A DNA stretch of 64,000 nucleotides from an uncultured virus (IMG/VR IMGVR_UViG_3300020220_000032) (lineage: Duplodnaviria; Heunggongvirae; Uroviricota; Caudoviricetes): the IMG/VR virus record IMGVR_UViG_3300020220_000032, positions 1 through 64,000 of that record, one strand, 5' to 3'. The first letter of the stretch is position 1. Each line of letters starts with the position of its first letter. Position numbers and translations under genes: made by a program. Positions 9,488-18,810 of this stretch are shown here, piece by piece. The notes under the pieces were generated by a model, which was given only the letters and a program-made list of their open reading frames with translations, searched no databases and was not told the DNA's origin.

Positions 9488-10840
9488 CTAAAACCCTTCC
9501 AATTCTTTGAACTTTTGTGAAAGAGCTTTCTTAACATTCACGTCACCTTTCATTGATGTTTGAACATTTTGTCCCATGTCAGAACTTGGTTCGTATATTT
9601 CAATGTGGCCAGTCATTGTATTTATTTTACTTGGGAATGTCATACCATCAGGACCGAAACGATTTTTAATAATATGCCATCTGCCTGTTCCACCAACTTT
9701 ATCATTCAATTTTCTTGATAGAGACATAATGAAATCTGCAATCATAATTTTGTTATATGATTCTGAAACTTTACCACCTTCAATCACATCATCTTCAAGA
9801 GCAGAACGATTTGCTTGTGATGCAGTCCAAATAGGTATTCCATAAGTTCCGCCAACACCACGCAAGTCTTCATAAATATCATTTAGTTCCAATCTTTTAT
9901 CACCGGCTTTTGCAGGTCTTATCAAGTCTGCATAATCAACTATAACTAAATCAGGTGGTTTACCTTGACTGATGCATTTCTCTATATGTGATGTTATTGT
10001 TGTGATACTTGCGGTTTTGGTTGGATAATACTTTACAATCAAGTCACCTTTGATAGTTTCCATTGTATCACGGATTTTCTCTTGTGCATATTCTTCGTTA
10101 AGATTTTGAAATGCAATCTTTGTAAAGTAAGCATCAAATCTTCTTGCAACATAAAACTGATTGAGTTCAAGTGTATAATAAACAACTCTCTTACCGGCCT
10201 TAACTGCTTGAGCGGCAATACTTACCAATCCCCAAGACTTACCGCCACCGGCAGGAGCAATGATAACACCCAACTCACCAGCAGCCAATCCACCGTTTGT
10301 AATATCATCAACTACATTCCATCCAGTAGATACACAACTTCTTGCACCTTCTTCATAACGAGCAATAATATCTACAAGATATTCATGTCCAATATCTTTG
10401 TCAGTTCCGGCTTTCAATGCAGTATCAATTTTCTTTTTTATTAAATCATACTTACCACTCTTAAGCAAATCAACCGACTCAATAATTGCAACTTTCATCT
10501 TTTGATTTTTACAAAATTCAAGAGTAGTTGATTTAACATATTCTGCATCAGAACTATCTTTATACTTTGCACTTTCTTTCAGAGCATCTGCAATAGTGCT
10601 CTTCAAAACTTTATCTTCAACGGTAATCAATTCAGACTTGAAAACTTCAGCAGTTGGTGCAGTTTTATACTTCTCATAATAGGACATTATCTTTTCAACA
10701 ACCCAACTATTTGCTTGAGACTCAAAATAATTTGGTTCGATAATATCTGAAACTTGTTGTAAAAATGCTCTATCGTTTAATAATGAAGTGACTACTTTTG
10801 TCTGAAAGGTATGACCATATTGGGATAAATTATCCTGCAT
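9488..10840 (-). CDS. Replicative DnaB-like helicase (T4 gp41-like)
   Basis: Walker A APAGGGKS, YYTLE, VIVDYAD, TASQANR, KNRFG. Confidence 0.93.
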   Translation of the reverse strand: MQDNLSQYGHTFQTKVVTSLLNDRAFLQQVSDIIEPNYFESQANSWVVEKIMSYYEKYKTAPTAEVFKSELITVEDKVLKSTIADALKESAKYKDSSDAEYVKSTTLEFCKNQKMKVAIIESVDLLKSGKYDLIKKKIDTALKAGTDKDIGHEYLVDIIARYEEGARSCVSTGWNVVDDITNGGLAAGELGVIIAPAGGGKSWGLVSIAAQAVKAGKRVVYYTLELNQFYVARRFDAYFTKIAFQNLNEEYAQEKIRDTMETIKGDLIVKYYPTKTASITTITSHIEKCISQGKPPDLVIVDYADLIRPAKAGDKRLELNDIYEDLRGVGGTYGIPIWTASQANRSALEDDVIEGGKVSESYNKIMIADFIMSLSRKLNDKVGGTGRWHIIKNRFGPDGMTFPSKINTMTGHIEIYEPSSDMGQNVQTSMKGDVNVKKALSQKFKELEGF

Positions 10841-11876
10841 ATTTGTTCCTAATGGAATTTAATGTTGTAAAATTATTTTGAACCCATACATCCCAATTCA
10901 ATAAAACATTTTGTAGTTTATCTTCTACAAATAGTTTATTCAGTTCAACTTTATTTATACCGTCAATTTCACCATCAACTAAATGTCTTAATGTTGATTT
11001 GGTGCTTTGTGAAATTTCAACATCACTTAATTGCATTATTCTATGATTGGTTTGCAATACATTTAGGTTGTTCTTTAATTCTTGAATTGCTTTGGATTTA
11101 TTATCATGTAATTTACAAATTTCTACGAACATTTCCAAATCAATTTTTCTTTTTTCTGATAATTCTGGAAAGAATTTTAATATCGTTTTGTCACCGAGAC
11201 CACGAATGCCAACTACATTATCACTCTTATCGCCAAGTAAAGATTTGTATATGATATAATTCTCACACCAAATACCCGTTTCTTCCAAAAGGTTTTCTGG
11301 TGTATACATTTTCTTTTTGGTTGGCAGATAAACACTAACTCTATCCGAAACCAATTGTAAAAAGTCTCGGTCATTGGAAAGTATTACACATTTTTCTTTG
11401 AAATAAGAAGAAAGGTAGGCAATCACATCATCTGCTTCTATTTTATCAATGGAGATTATTGTTAGTGGCAAATTTTGTAGGTATGAAAAAACACGAAACA
11501 GTTGATACTTAATTGAGGATTGTTCATCTTCAATATCTTCAAACCCAACTACACGGTTTAACCGTGACTTGATTGCCCTACCTTCCTTATAGTTTGAATA
11601 AATTTCTTTTCTTCTCTGTGAACCACCCTTACCATCAAAGACAACAACAACCCGTGTGGGATTAACCATACGGATTGTTGCTCCAAGAGACTTCAAGAAA
11701 CCAGATAATCCACCAACATGAATACCATCTTCGTTTAATGTTGGGATGGCAGAAAATGTGCGTATAAAAAGGTTCATCCCATCTACAATCAAAACCTTAC
11801 TATCACGATGATAGTTCTCTTGTTCTTGTTTTTCTGTTTCTATTTCTTGTAAAAGTCTTTGATATTTACGGTTCAT
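10830..11876 (-). CDS. 5'-3' exonuclease / flap endonuclease (T4 RNase H-like)
   Basis: VDGMN, VFDG, YKEGR, EADDVIA, SNDRDFLQL, GDKSDNVVGIRGLG. Confidence 0.93.
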   Translation of the reverse strand: MNRKYQRLLQEIETEKQEQENYHRDSKVLIVDGMNLFIRTFSAIPTLNEDGIHVGGLSGFLKSLGATIRMVNPTRVVVVFDGKGGSQRRKEIYSNYKEGRAIKSRLNRVVGFEDIEDEQSSIKYQLFRVFSYLQNLPLTIISIDKIEADDVIAYLSSYFKEKCVILSNDRDFLQLVSDRVSVYLPTKKKMYTPENLLEETGIWCENYIIYKSLLGDKSDNVVGIRGLGDKTILKFFPELSEKRKIDLEMFVEICKLHDNKSKAIQELKNNLNVLQTNHRIMQLSDVEISQSTKSTLRHLVDGEIDGINKVELNKLFVEDKLQNVLLNWDVWVQNNFTTLNSIRNKYAG

Positions 11877-13021
11877 ACTTCATCTTGTAATAATGGTTCA
11901 TCGGAAAGTGTTACGTCATCTATGCGTGCCTCATCCAGTTTCTTATATTTCATAATTACTTTCTCAGCGATTTCATCATAAACTATATCATACAATTGGG
12001 GATTACTCATAATCTTTTCAACAAATTCCTTTGATTGAAACTTAATGACTTCTCCAGTTCTTTTGTCTGTCCATGAATACCATGCACCAGATTGAGAAAC
12101 AAGATTGTGTTCTTTCATCACAGTTAGCCATGATGAATAATCATCTATACCACTATCAAAATAAACTTCATATTCACATTCACGCAGCGGAGGACCTACT
12201 CTGTTCTTCACCAATTTCGCCTTAATCCTTGAACCAACAATTTCATCACGACCTTCTCTCTTTGCTTTTATGGCACCGATTGAAGAAAGACGAAGACGAA
12301 CAGAAGCATGGAAAGGAATACCTTTACCACCAGGTGTTGTCCAAGGATCAGAAAATGCTGGAGCATTGAGTTTCTGACGAAGTTGATTTGTAATAATCAA
12401 ACAAATACGCTCTCTACCGATAAGATTTGTAATTTTTCTCATTGCCTTTGAAATGATAAGTGCCTTTGCCGTAGCATAACCATCCTTATCAAAGTCTGCA
12501 GCCATTTCTGTTTTAGTGGATGCACCGGCTATCGAATCAACTACTATCGTTACCAATCTATCTTTATCAGATGAACGAACCTTATCAATGATAACATCAA
12601 CAGTTTCAAAAATATCTTCTACGGTTTCCAATGGAATGTATAACATATCTTTCAAGTTCAAACCGATTGCGGTTAGATATTCAGTTGATATTGCATTCTC
12701 GGTATCAATATAAACAGCAAGACCACCTTTCTTTTGTGTGTTAAGAAGTGCATGGGCTGCCAATAGAGATTTACCAGATTGTTCGAGACCTGTTATTTCA
12801 GATACACGACCAACAGGAAAACCACCATACTTACGATTAGAAATGGCCAAATCCAACATGGTTGAGCCAGTTCCTACCCATTCTTTTACTATCGTAGGTG
12901 CATCACTATCACCTTCAAGAAAGTAAGCAGTCTTAATGTTTTGAGTTTTGAATTGTTTGTTTATAGTTTCGGCAATGAGCCCACCGAGTTCATCGGAAAG
13001 ATCACTCTTTGATTTTGCCAT
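11873..13021 (-). CDS. recA: RecA/UvsX-like recombinase
   Basis: GLEQSGKS, YIDTE, VVDSIA, NQLRQK, TPGGKGIPFHASVRL, KNRVGPP. Confidence 0.95.
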   Translation of the reverse strand: MAKSKSDLSDELGGLIAETINKQFKTQNIKTAYFLEGDSDAPTIVKEWVGTGSTMLDLAISNRKYGGFPVGRVSEITGLEQSGKSLLAAHALLNTQKKGGLAVYIDTENAISTEYLTAIGLNLKDMLYIPLETVEDIFETVDVIIDKVRSSDKDRLVTIVVDSIAGASTKTEMAADFDKDGYATAKALIISKAMRKITNLIGRERICLIITNQLRQKLNAPAFSDPWTTPGGKGIPFHASVRLRLSSIGAIKAKREGRDEIVGSRIKAKLVKNRVGPPLRECEYEVYFDSGIDDYSSWLTVMKEHNLVSQSGAWYSWTDKRTGEVIKFQSKEFVEKIMSNPQLYDIVYDEIAEKVIMKYKKLDEARIDDVTLSDEPLLQDEV

Positions 13022-13033
13022 AACTCACCCTTA

Positions 13034-13789
13034 TTAAAATAAATCATCAAATGTAACACCGACATCTTCTGCAGGTGTGTTTGAGCTGTCACTCTTTTCT
13101 TGTTTGTAATTGAGATCTTTTGATTCTTCTTCTTGTGAAGAAGCACCCATCCAAGTTTGTAACTGAATCTTCAAATCATCATAAGATGGTTCTGGATACA
13201 ATTCTGTAATTTGTGGTTGTGACTTAATCTTTTCAAGAACTTCTGCACTTTCTGTAATAGGTGTTTCTTTTGGTTTAACACGAATACTTGTTTCTGCATA
13301 AGTCTTACCGGCTTCTTCTGGTGACTTAACGGTAACAACAATGTCACGACCAGATTTTGCATCAGACAAATCACCGTAATCAGGATCAACAAAGAAAGCA
13401 AGTAGTTCTTCATAAATTTGTTTACCAAATCCCCAAAACTTTACACCTTCATTTTCTTGACCACGAACAATAACAGGAACATAGATACGCATTTTGGGTT
13501 CCAATTTTCTACCCATTACCCAATCTTCTTTATCACCAGTTTGTTTAAGTTTTTCTGCAAACTCAACCACTGGATCAGGACGACCAAATGATGCAGGAGA
13601 AAGAATAGATCTCTTACCCAAATTGTAATGGAAATACAATTCGATAAACGGATTTTCTCTGTTATGAATGTAGGGAACAATTCTGATTTGAGTTTCACCC
13701 GGATCGGGTTTCCAAATGTTAGATGTGCGATTGTTTGTGTTTTTTAGAGAGTTCAAACGACTCTTGATTGCATCTAGGTTAATAGCCAT
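13034..13789 (-). CDS. Single-stranded DNA-binding protein (gp32-like)
   Basis: WKP...IRIVP, FHY, GVKFWGFGK, DYGDLSD..GRD, acidic tail ending FDDLF; replication context. Confidence 0.85.
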   Translation of the reverse strand: MAINLDAIKSRLNSLKNTNNRTSNIWKPDPGETQIRIVPYIHNRENPFIELYFHYNLGKRSILSPASFGRPDPVVEFAEKLKQTGDKEDWVMGRKLEPKMRIYVPVIVRGQENEGVKFWGFGKQIYEELLAFFVDPDYGDLSDAKSGRDIVVTVKSPEEAGKTYAETSIRVKPKETPITESAEVLEKIKSQPQITELYPEPSYDDLKIQLQTWMGASSQEEESKDLNYKQEKSDSSNTPAEDVGVTFDDLF

Positions 13790-13861
13790 GATGTTTCTCC
13801 AAATGTGTAATAAATAATGTTTAATCGTTACTAAAAGAATGTTATGTCTAATAGAACAATA

Positions 13862-13893
13862 CTAATATATGAATTTAATGTTTAATAAGCAAG
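13862..13893 (-). promoter_or_regulatory. Host-type promoter variant CTTG-N20-TATATTAG
   Basis: Same spacing as the 2092 and 62163 sites; upstream of the SSB-RecA-exonuclease-helicase operon. Confidence 0.5.
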
Positions 13894-13919
13894 CAATTTT
13901 TATTTTATTCTATAAATAA

Positions 13920-13947
13920 ATATGGGAAATCCGAAGATTTCCCATAT
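13920..13947 (-). terminator. Hairpin, probable intrinsic terminator
   Basis: Perfect 12-bp stem ATATGGGAAATC/GATTTCCCATAT with a UUCG loop on the minus strand, just after the stop at 13950. Confidence 0.75.
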
Positions 13948-13949
13948 TA

Positions 13950-14792
13950 TCATTTATTGTATTTCATAAGTTCCTTTAATCTACGAACAATCGTTTCTGG
14001 TATTTTTTCCACATTGAATGTGTTATCAACCCAAGCTGGTGCATCATCTGTTTGAGGCATAACATCACGCTTTGGAGCACCTGCAACTGGAGGACTTTGT
14101 TTTTTCAATGTTTCTACATTACCCCAAATATAGTCCGCAATCGCTTCTGGTGTATCGCCTTTATCATATTTCTTAAACACTTCAACAACTGGCTCTTTTA
14201 TATTATCAATAACATATTTTTTCAATTCACTCTCACCAACTTGAAACAGATTTACACCACCACCGGCTGCAGTTGGAACTGTTCCAGTTTGAGCAGCAAT
14301 ACCAATTTGAGTGGCTTTAAGTGCTTCGAGTGGTTTTTTAATATCCGTTAAATCAACTGCCTTTATCTTTGCATCAGGATTAAGACAGAATACTTGTGAC
14401 CAACGGTGGTGTCCGTCAATAACAAATTTACCACCACCACCTGTTACAATTGATTTTCCAGCAGGTGCAACTACACCACCTTTCAAACAGGCCTCTGCAC
14501 TTGCAGCATCTTTTAACGGATAGCTCAATGATTTATCCATAACAACTTCATTTTGAGTTGGCTGTAAATCTGTGCAAACAGGAGAAGCGGCAGATGTTTT
14601 AACTGGAGCATCTGACGATAAAGATTTTATGGCATCAACAAATTTAGGATCCTTTATATTATCACCCAGCTCTTTTACAAATGAAACATAATCTTTTTTA
14701 AGAATTTTTTTCAATTCTTCTTGTGCATCTTCTTCATTTAGTTTTACTTTAACTTCGTTTACTAAACTTTTCAATGAATTTTTCATCAACAT
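13950..14792 (-). CDS. ParB/Sulfiredoxin-fold protein with head-protein-like leader
   Basis: LQPTQNE and VIDGHHRW; leader LKSLVNE..LNE. Confidence 0.65.
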   Translation of the reverse strand: MLMKNSLKSLVNEVKVKLNEEDAQEELKKILKKDYVSFVKELGDNIKDPKFVDAIKSLSSDAPVKTSAASPVCTDLQPTQNEVVMDKSLSYPLKDAASAEACLKGGVVAPAGKSIVTGGGGKFVIDGHHRWSQVFCLNPDAKIKAVDLTDIKKPLEALKATQIGIAAQTGTVPTAAGGGVNLFQVGESELKKYVIDNIKEPVVEVFKKYDKGDTPEAIADYIWGNVETLKKQSPPVAGAPKRDVMPQTDDAPAWVDNTFNVEKIPETIVRRLKELMKYNK

Positions 14793-14797
14793 TCTCT

Positions 14798-15442
14798 CTA
14801 AATCGTATTAACAAATTCTTCTTGTATTTTAAGTTCTTCTGGCGATGCCTGACCAGTTTTACCCCAATCTGGAAGAACAGACATTATATGAAATGCCTTA
14901 GCACTTCTAACATCTTTCATCCACTTTCCTGATGTTGGATTATCTTTATTTTTTAATATGTTCACATGATTTGCACCAGGAAAAACATATAATGGCATAC
15001 CACTTTCTTTTGCCAACATCACAGAATGTTTTAATGGAACTATATTATCACTACCGCCGTGAATAATTGCACCGTTACCGCTAATTTCAGAACCAGTTAA
15101 AGTTACCGTTGGCCATTGTCTATTCCATGCAGGAGCAACAAGGTAAACGGTATCTGGCTTTTTTGCACCCATTGATAATGCCTGAAGAAGTATTGCTCCA
15201 CCACGTGAATAAGCAATCAATGTTTTAGGATTTTCTTCATTCAAATACAATATCGCTTTTTCAATATCTTCGGTTGTTACACTTGTTGAGTCAGAAAAAG
15301 CAGGACATCCTGTATCTTGTTCTGGACTTGTCCATTCTACATTACACGCATCAACCCGCATATCTTTTGGTTTCATCCCATATCCATGAAATGCACCCTT
15401 TTCAATTTCAATTTCTTTTAGCAAGTCAATTAACTTAATCAT
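14798..15442 (-). CDS. Alpha/beta hydrolase with IKLIDLLKE leader
   Basis: FHGYG oxyanion motif, AYSRGG nucleophile elbow, HGGSDNIVP (Asp), GANH (His). Confidence 0.8.
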   Translation of the reverse strand: MIKLIDLLKEIEIEKGAFHGYGMKPKDMRVDACNVEWTSPEQDTGCPAFSDSTSVTTEDIEKAILYLNEENPKTLIAYSRGGAILLQALSMGAKKPDTVYLVAPAWNRQWPTVTLTGSEISGNGAIIHGGSDNIVPLKHSVMLAKESGMPLYVFPGANHVNILKNKDNPTSGKWMKDVRSAKAFHIMSVLPDWGKTGQASPEELKIQEEFVNTI

Positions 15443-15444
15443 TT

Positions 15445-16068
15445 TTATCTTATATTGTTTGATAACAAATGAGTTCTTACTATTTCTTTTATCTTCTTAC
15501 GAAGTTTATTTTTTAATCTTTCTTCAACCTTATCTGATTTTTTTTGTGGTTCTTCCGATTCAGGAGGAACTTCATTAGTCTGAATAGCAGTATCTACTTC
15601 TTCTTGTATTTTCAAAGAAATTTTCTCAGCAACATGATTTAATTCTGACAAAAACATTTCTATAACTTCTTCATCTTCGGCCGTCAATCTTCTTTTAATA
15701 AAACCGGATATTTTTTCTGTTAATTTTTGAATATCATTTTCATGTTTTTCTTTTTCACTTTCAGTATATGGCATACTTTTTAATGAATTAACTGCCTTAT
15801 AGAGTGTAATTAAATCTGAATTGTTATGGAATCTAGACGATATTGATTGTAACGAGTCCTTACCACTTCGGTATGAATCTGAATTAAACAATTTCTTAAA
15901 TAAAAATTTTATAGATGAAGGACTTTCCTTTGGAAACATATACAATATATTACCCTTCCCCTTTTCTGCCAAATTTAATGCATCAATTAATACAATATAA
16001 GTAAAAGGACTAATTGCAGATTGCGATATTGATTCATTTACGATTTTTCTTTTCATTTTTTTACTCAT
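15445..16068 (-). CDS. Hypothetical protein (possible internal head protein)
   Basis: ORF track; IVNE N-terminus; LRKKIKEIVR C-terminal helix. Confidence 0.6.
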   Translation of the reverse strand: MSKKMKRKIVNESISQSAISPFTYIVLIDALNLAEKGKGNILYMFPKESPSSIKFLFKKLFNSDSYRSGKDSLQSISSRFHNNSDLITLYKAVNSLKSMPYTESEKEKHENDIQKLTEKISGFIKRRLTAEDEEVIEMFLSELNHVAEKISLKIQEEVDTAIQTNEVPPESEEPQKKSDKVEERLKNKLRKKIKEIVRTHLLSNNIR

Positions 16069-16394
16069 GGTATTAGAGTTATTTTTGAGTCTTTTTGGAT
16101 CAAATAAACACTTATACTTGTTTTTTTATTAAAAAAGTGTAATTTACCAGACATTGGCTTTTTATATTCGTAGCCAATTGATTTTAGTGCATCTATTATC
16201 TCATGTTCTTTATACTTACTAGCATCTATAACATTATCCGGAAGCATTGATATATCTGTTAGTTTCTTTTTTAGTTCATCAAAAATTGTATCAAATCCAC
16301 TTGCTTCATTGATAAAGTTAAACTTGCAAAAAACATTTACAAGTTTTTTTGTAATTTCATTTATCAAATTTTCTTTGTTGTGTTTATTTTTCAT
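16065..16394 (-). CDS. Hypothetical protein
   Basis: ORF track; ATGA overlap with the next gene; ATATTTAT motif at 16420-16427. Confidence 0.6.
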   Translation of the reverse strand: MKNKHNKENLINEITKKLVNVFCKFNFINEASGFDTIFDELKKKLTDISMLPDNVIDASKYKEHEIIDALKSIGYEYKKPMSGKLHFFNKKTSISVYLIQKDSKITLIP

Positions 16395-16442
16395 GTTTTA
16401 TCTTTTAATTGTTCTCATAATAAATATAGAATTGAAATTAAA

Positions 16443-16832
16443 TTACCAATTATACACTCTAACTAAAAATATCTTAACAACACGGAAACCTTCTTTATTT
16501 TTAAGAAGTGCACAATTACGGTATCTTTCCCATTCAATAGGATATTTTTTATCAAGTATACCATTATTCAAATTCATTATCAATTCATTTAGAGCATTTA
16601 TTGTGTATATCGTATTTGTTTCTCGTTTTTGATGAACCATTATTGAATTTGGGAGAAATTTTTTGTAACTATCCATTATGACATTATACGAAAGTATTAC
16701 ATCTTCTTTTGTATCAAAAGACTTAAAATGAAATACTTTGTTGTTTAATATAGAAAAATTTTCTTTTATATTATCCAAAGTTTCTTGAACTTGGTATTTT
16801 CTTGCAAAAGTACATACAAGCTGTGTCTTCAA
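16443..16832 (-). CDS. Hypothetical phage protein (probable TTG start, MKTQLVCTF)
   Basis: ORF track; GAGAG upstream of TTG at 16832; motif at 16871-16878. Confidence 0.6.
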   Translation of the reverse strand: MKTQLVCTFARKYQVQETLDNIKENFSILNNKVFHFKSFDTKEDVILSYNVIMDSYKKFLPNSIMVHQKRETNTIYTINALNELIMNLNNGILDKKYPIEWERYRNCALLKNKEGFRVVKIFLVRVYNW

Positions 16833-16882
16833 TAATTTTCTCTCATTTTTTGTAAATTTCCGCACTTAATATAAATATGTTC

Positions 16883-18097
16883 CTAAATTTGTTTAATGTT
16901 ACCAAAATCCTCGCCAACATAAATTTTTATTGACATATTATCTGTCTCAAATGCAGACTGCAGAGTGTCAATTAAATCCATTTCATCTGGATGAATATCA
17001 AAAACAAAAGCATCATAAAGATACATCATAAACACAGACTTCTTATTTTGTAAATGTGGTAAAATACTTTTTATCTTACGGACATTGTATTCGGTTTCCA
17101 ATGATTGAAGAACATAATTGAATACTTTATTAGGTGTTGCATCTTGAATATCTCTGAAATTCTTTTCGTAAAACCAAGACTTTACCATGCCATCGGTTTC
17201 ATATAAGGAATACATTTCATCTATGAGTGCCTGAACTGATCTAAAGAAAGTGTGGTTCATAAATTCAGGCGTAATTGTTCCATATATGTTTTGAAATACT
17301 TTTGATTTGAATTGGTCATAGTCCATGTCCATATCCAAATCACTCTGTATCTGCTCATACGGATGATATTCAAATTGATAATCCAATATCTTAGCAAGTA
17401 GTTTTATATGGAACGCATCATAATCAAATTGAACTATCTTACCGCCTTCAAATCTTGAACTAATTTTATCTCTACTGCCGTCTTTCTTATTCATTGCAGA
17501 GAAATTAAAACCATCCCAAGCATTACTCGGTCTACCTGTTGCAGTATACCACATATAATTTTGTTTCTTCGTTTCATCGCCAACAAGAATATCATTCTTT
17601 TCTATTTCATGGAATACATTTATGAAATCATTACAGTAATCTATACAACTCTGTTCAATTGGGTTTTCTGTATAAACTCTCATAACATATTTTGCAATCT
17701 TTCTTGCCCATTCCAATTGTTTTGAAAGTGGTATGACATGACCTAAATCTTCTATTTTGTAAAATTTATTGGCGAGCGTTTCCATACCCTTCGGATAAAA
17801 TTCTTTTGGATTGATATAGTCTGATGTATAATAATGTACATATGAATTTAGATCGATACCATCATTGAAACCGTTATATGCCAATGCTTTCTTATTGAAT
17901 ACAAGTGTTTTTGGATGCAATTTTATTTCATTTAACTTAATGTCTGTATCTACTTCATCTGGATGTGTAAAATTTATGTATTGTTCTTCCCCATCGGTAA
18001 ATAGAAAATACATACCAATAATGCCAACTGCAGACGGGTGTTTGTTTGGATTGCTTGTAATTGGAATGCAAACCGAAGGTTTTTCTTGAAATGTCAT
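16883..18097 (-). CDS. Compact, divergent family-A DNA polymerase-like protein
   Basis: TATGRPS, motif A QFDYDAFHIKLLA, motif B KSKVFQNIYG, NYVLQSLE, motif C YLYDAFVFD. Confidence 0.75.
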   Translation of the reverse strand: MTFQEKPSVCIPITSNPNKHPSAVGIIGMYFLFTDGEEQYINFTHPDEVDTDIKLNEIKLHPKTLVFNKKALAYNGFNDGIDLNSYVHYYTSDYINPKEFYPKGMETLANKFYKIEDLGHVIPLSKQLEWARKIAKYVMRVYTENPIEQSCIDYCNDFINVFHEIEKNDILVGDETKKQNYMWYTATGRPSNAWDGFNFSAMNKKDGSRDKISSRFEGGKIVQFDYDAFHIKLLAKILDYQFEYHPYEQIQSDLDMDMDYDQFKSKVFQNIYGTITPEFMNHTFFRSVQALIDEMYSLYETDGMVKSWFYEKNFRDIQDATPNKVFNYVLQSLETEYNVRKIKSILPHLQNKKSVFMMYLYDAFVFDIHPDEMDLIDTLQSAFETDNMSIKIYVGEDFGNIKQI

Positions 18098-18112
18098 AAT
18101 AAAGTTTGTATA

Positions 18113-18799
18113 TTAACAGTTAATACATGGTCGTGGATTGAATTGACCATCATATTTACTAAATTCTCTATAATTGTGCAATAGTTCTGCTAATATACGA
18201 AATTTTTTTGAATGCCGCAAAACAATTCTTCTATTGGTATCAACTACTCCAGGAGTAACTAATATATCATTTTTATAGACATCGTATTCAGGACCGGATA
18301 GTTTCCATGGAATAGCTATTAAACCATAAAGAAATTGGTTTATTCCACCATTTTTTGTGTTGTAAGTGGATGCCTGTTCTTGATCAATCTCATATAAAAC
18401 TCTATCTTTCTCGTTTCTTTTATACACAAAAAATCTTTGTATAACACCCGCTTCCAACTCTTTTGTAGTTGGCCTTCTTTTAACAACAGATGGAGACCTG
18501 TATCTATAAAACTGTGTGTTTGTTCCCAACAGTTTTCTTTTTTCTCCGTTTGAAAACACAGTAAAATGTTTTAGATCAAGATACTTGAAATAACTAGCAT
18601 TACCTTCTTTATATCTAATCAATCTTTTTGATTTAACAGGATCCCAATCTCTTTCTGTATATTTTTCACCTGTGGAATACTGATGATAATAACCACTATA
18701 TTCTTTCCAATCATCAAGATACATCAATTCCTGTCCTTTGGTAAATAAGTTTTTAGTAATTTGATTTTCAGAATAAAATATCTTTTTTCTTGTTGCCAT
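18113..18799 (-). CDS. Hypothetical baseplate-region protein (probable start MATRKK at 18799)
   Basis: ORF track; GGAG RBS before ATG at 18799; tail-gene context. Confidence 0.6.
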   Translation of the reverse strand: MATRKKIFYSENQITKNLFTKGQELMYLDDWKEYSGYYHQYSTGEKYTERDWDPVKSKRLIRYKEGNASYFKYLDLKHFTVFSNGEKRKLLGTNTQFYRYRSPSVVKRRPTTKELEAGVIQRFFVYKRNEKDRVLYEIDQEQASTYNTKNGGINQFLYGLIAIPWKLSGPEYDVYKNDILVTPGVVDTNRRIVLRHSKKFRILAELLHNYREFSKYDGQFNPRPCINC

Positions 18800-18810
18800 T
18801 ACATACTCCG

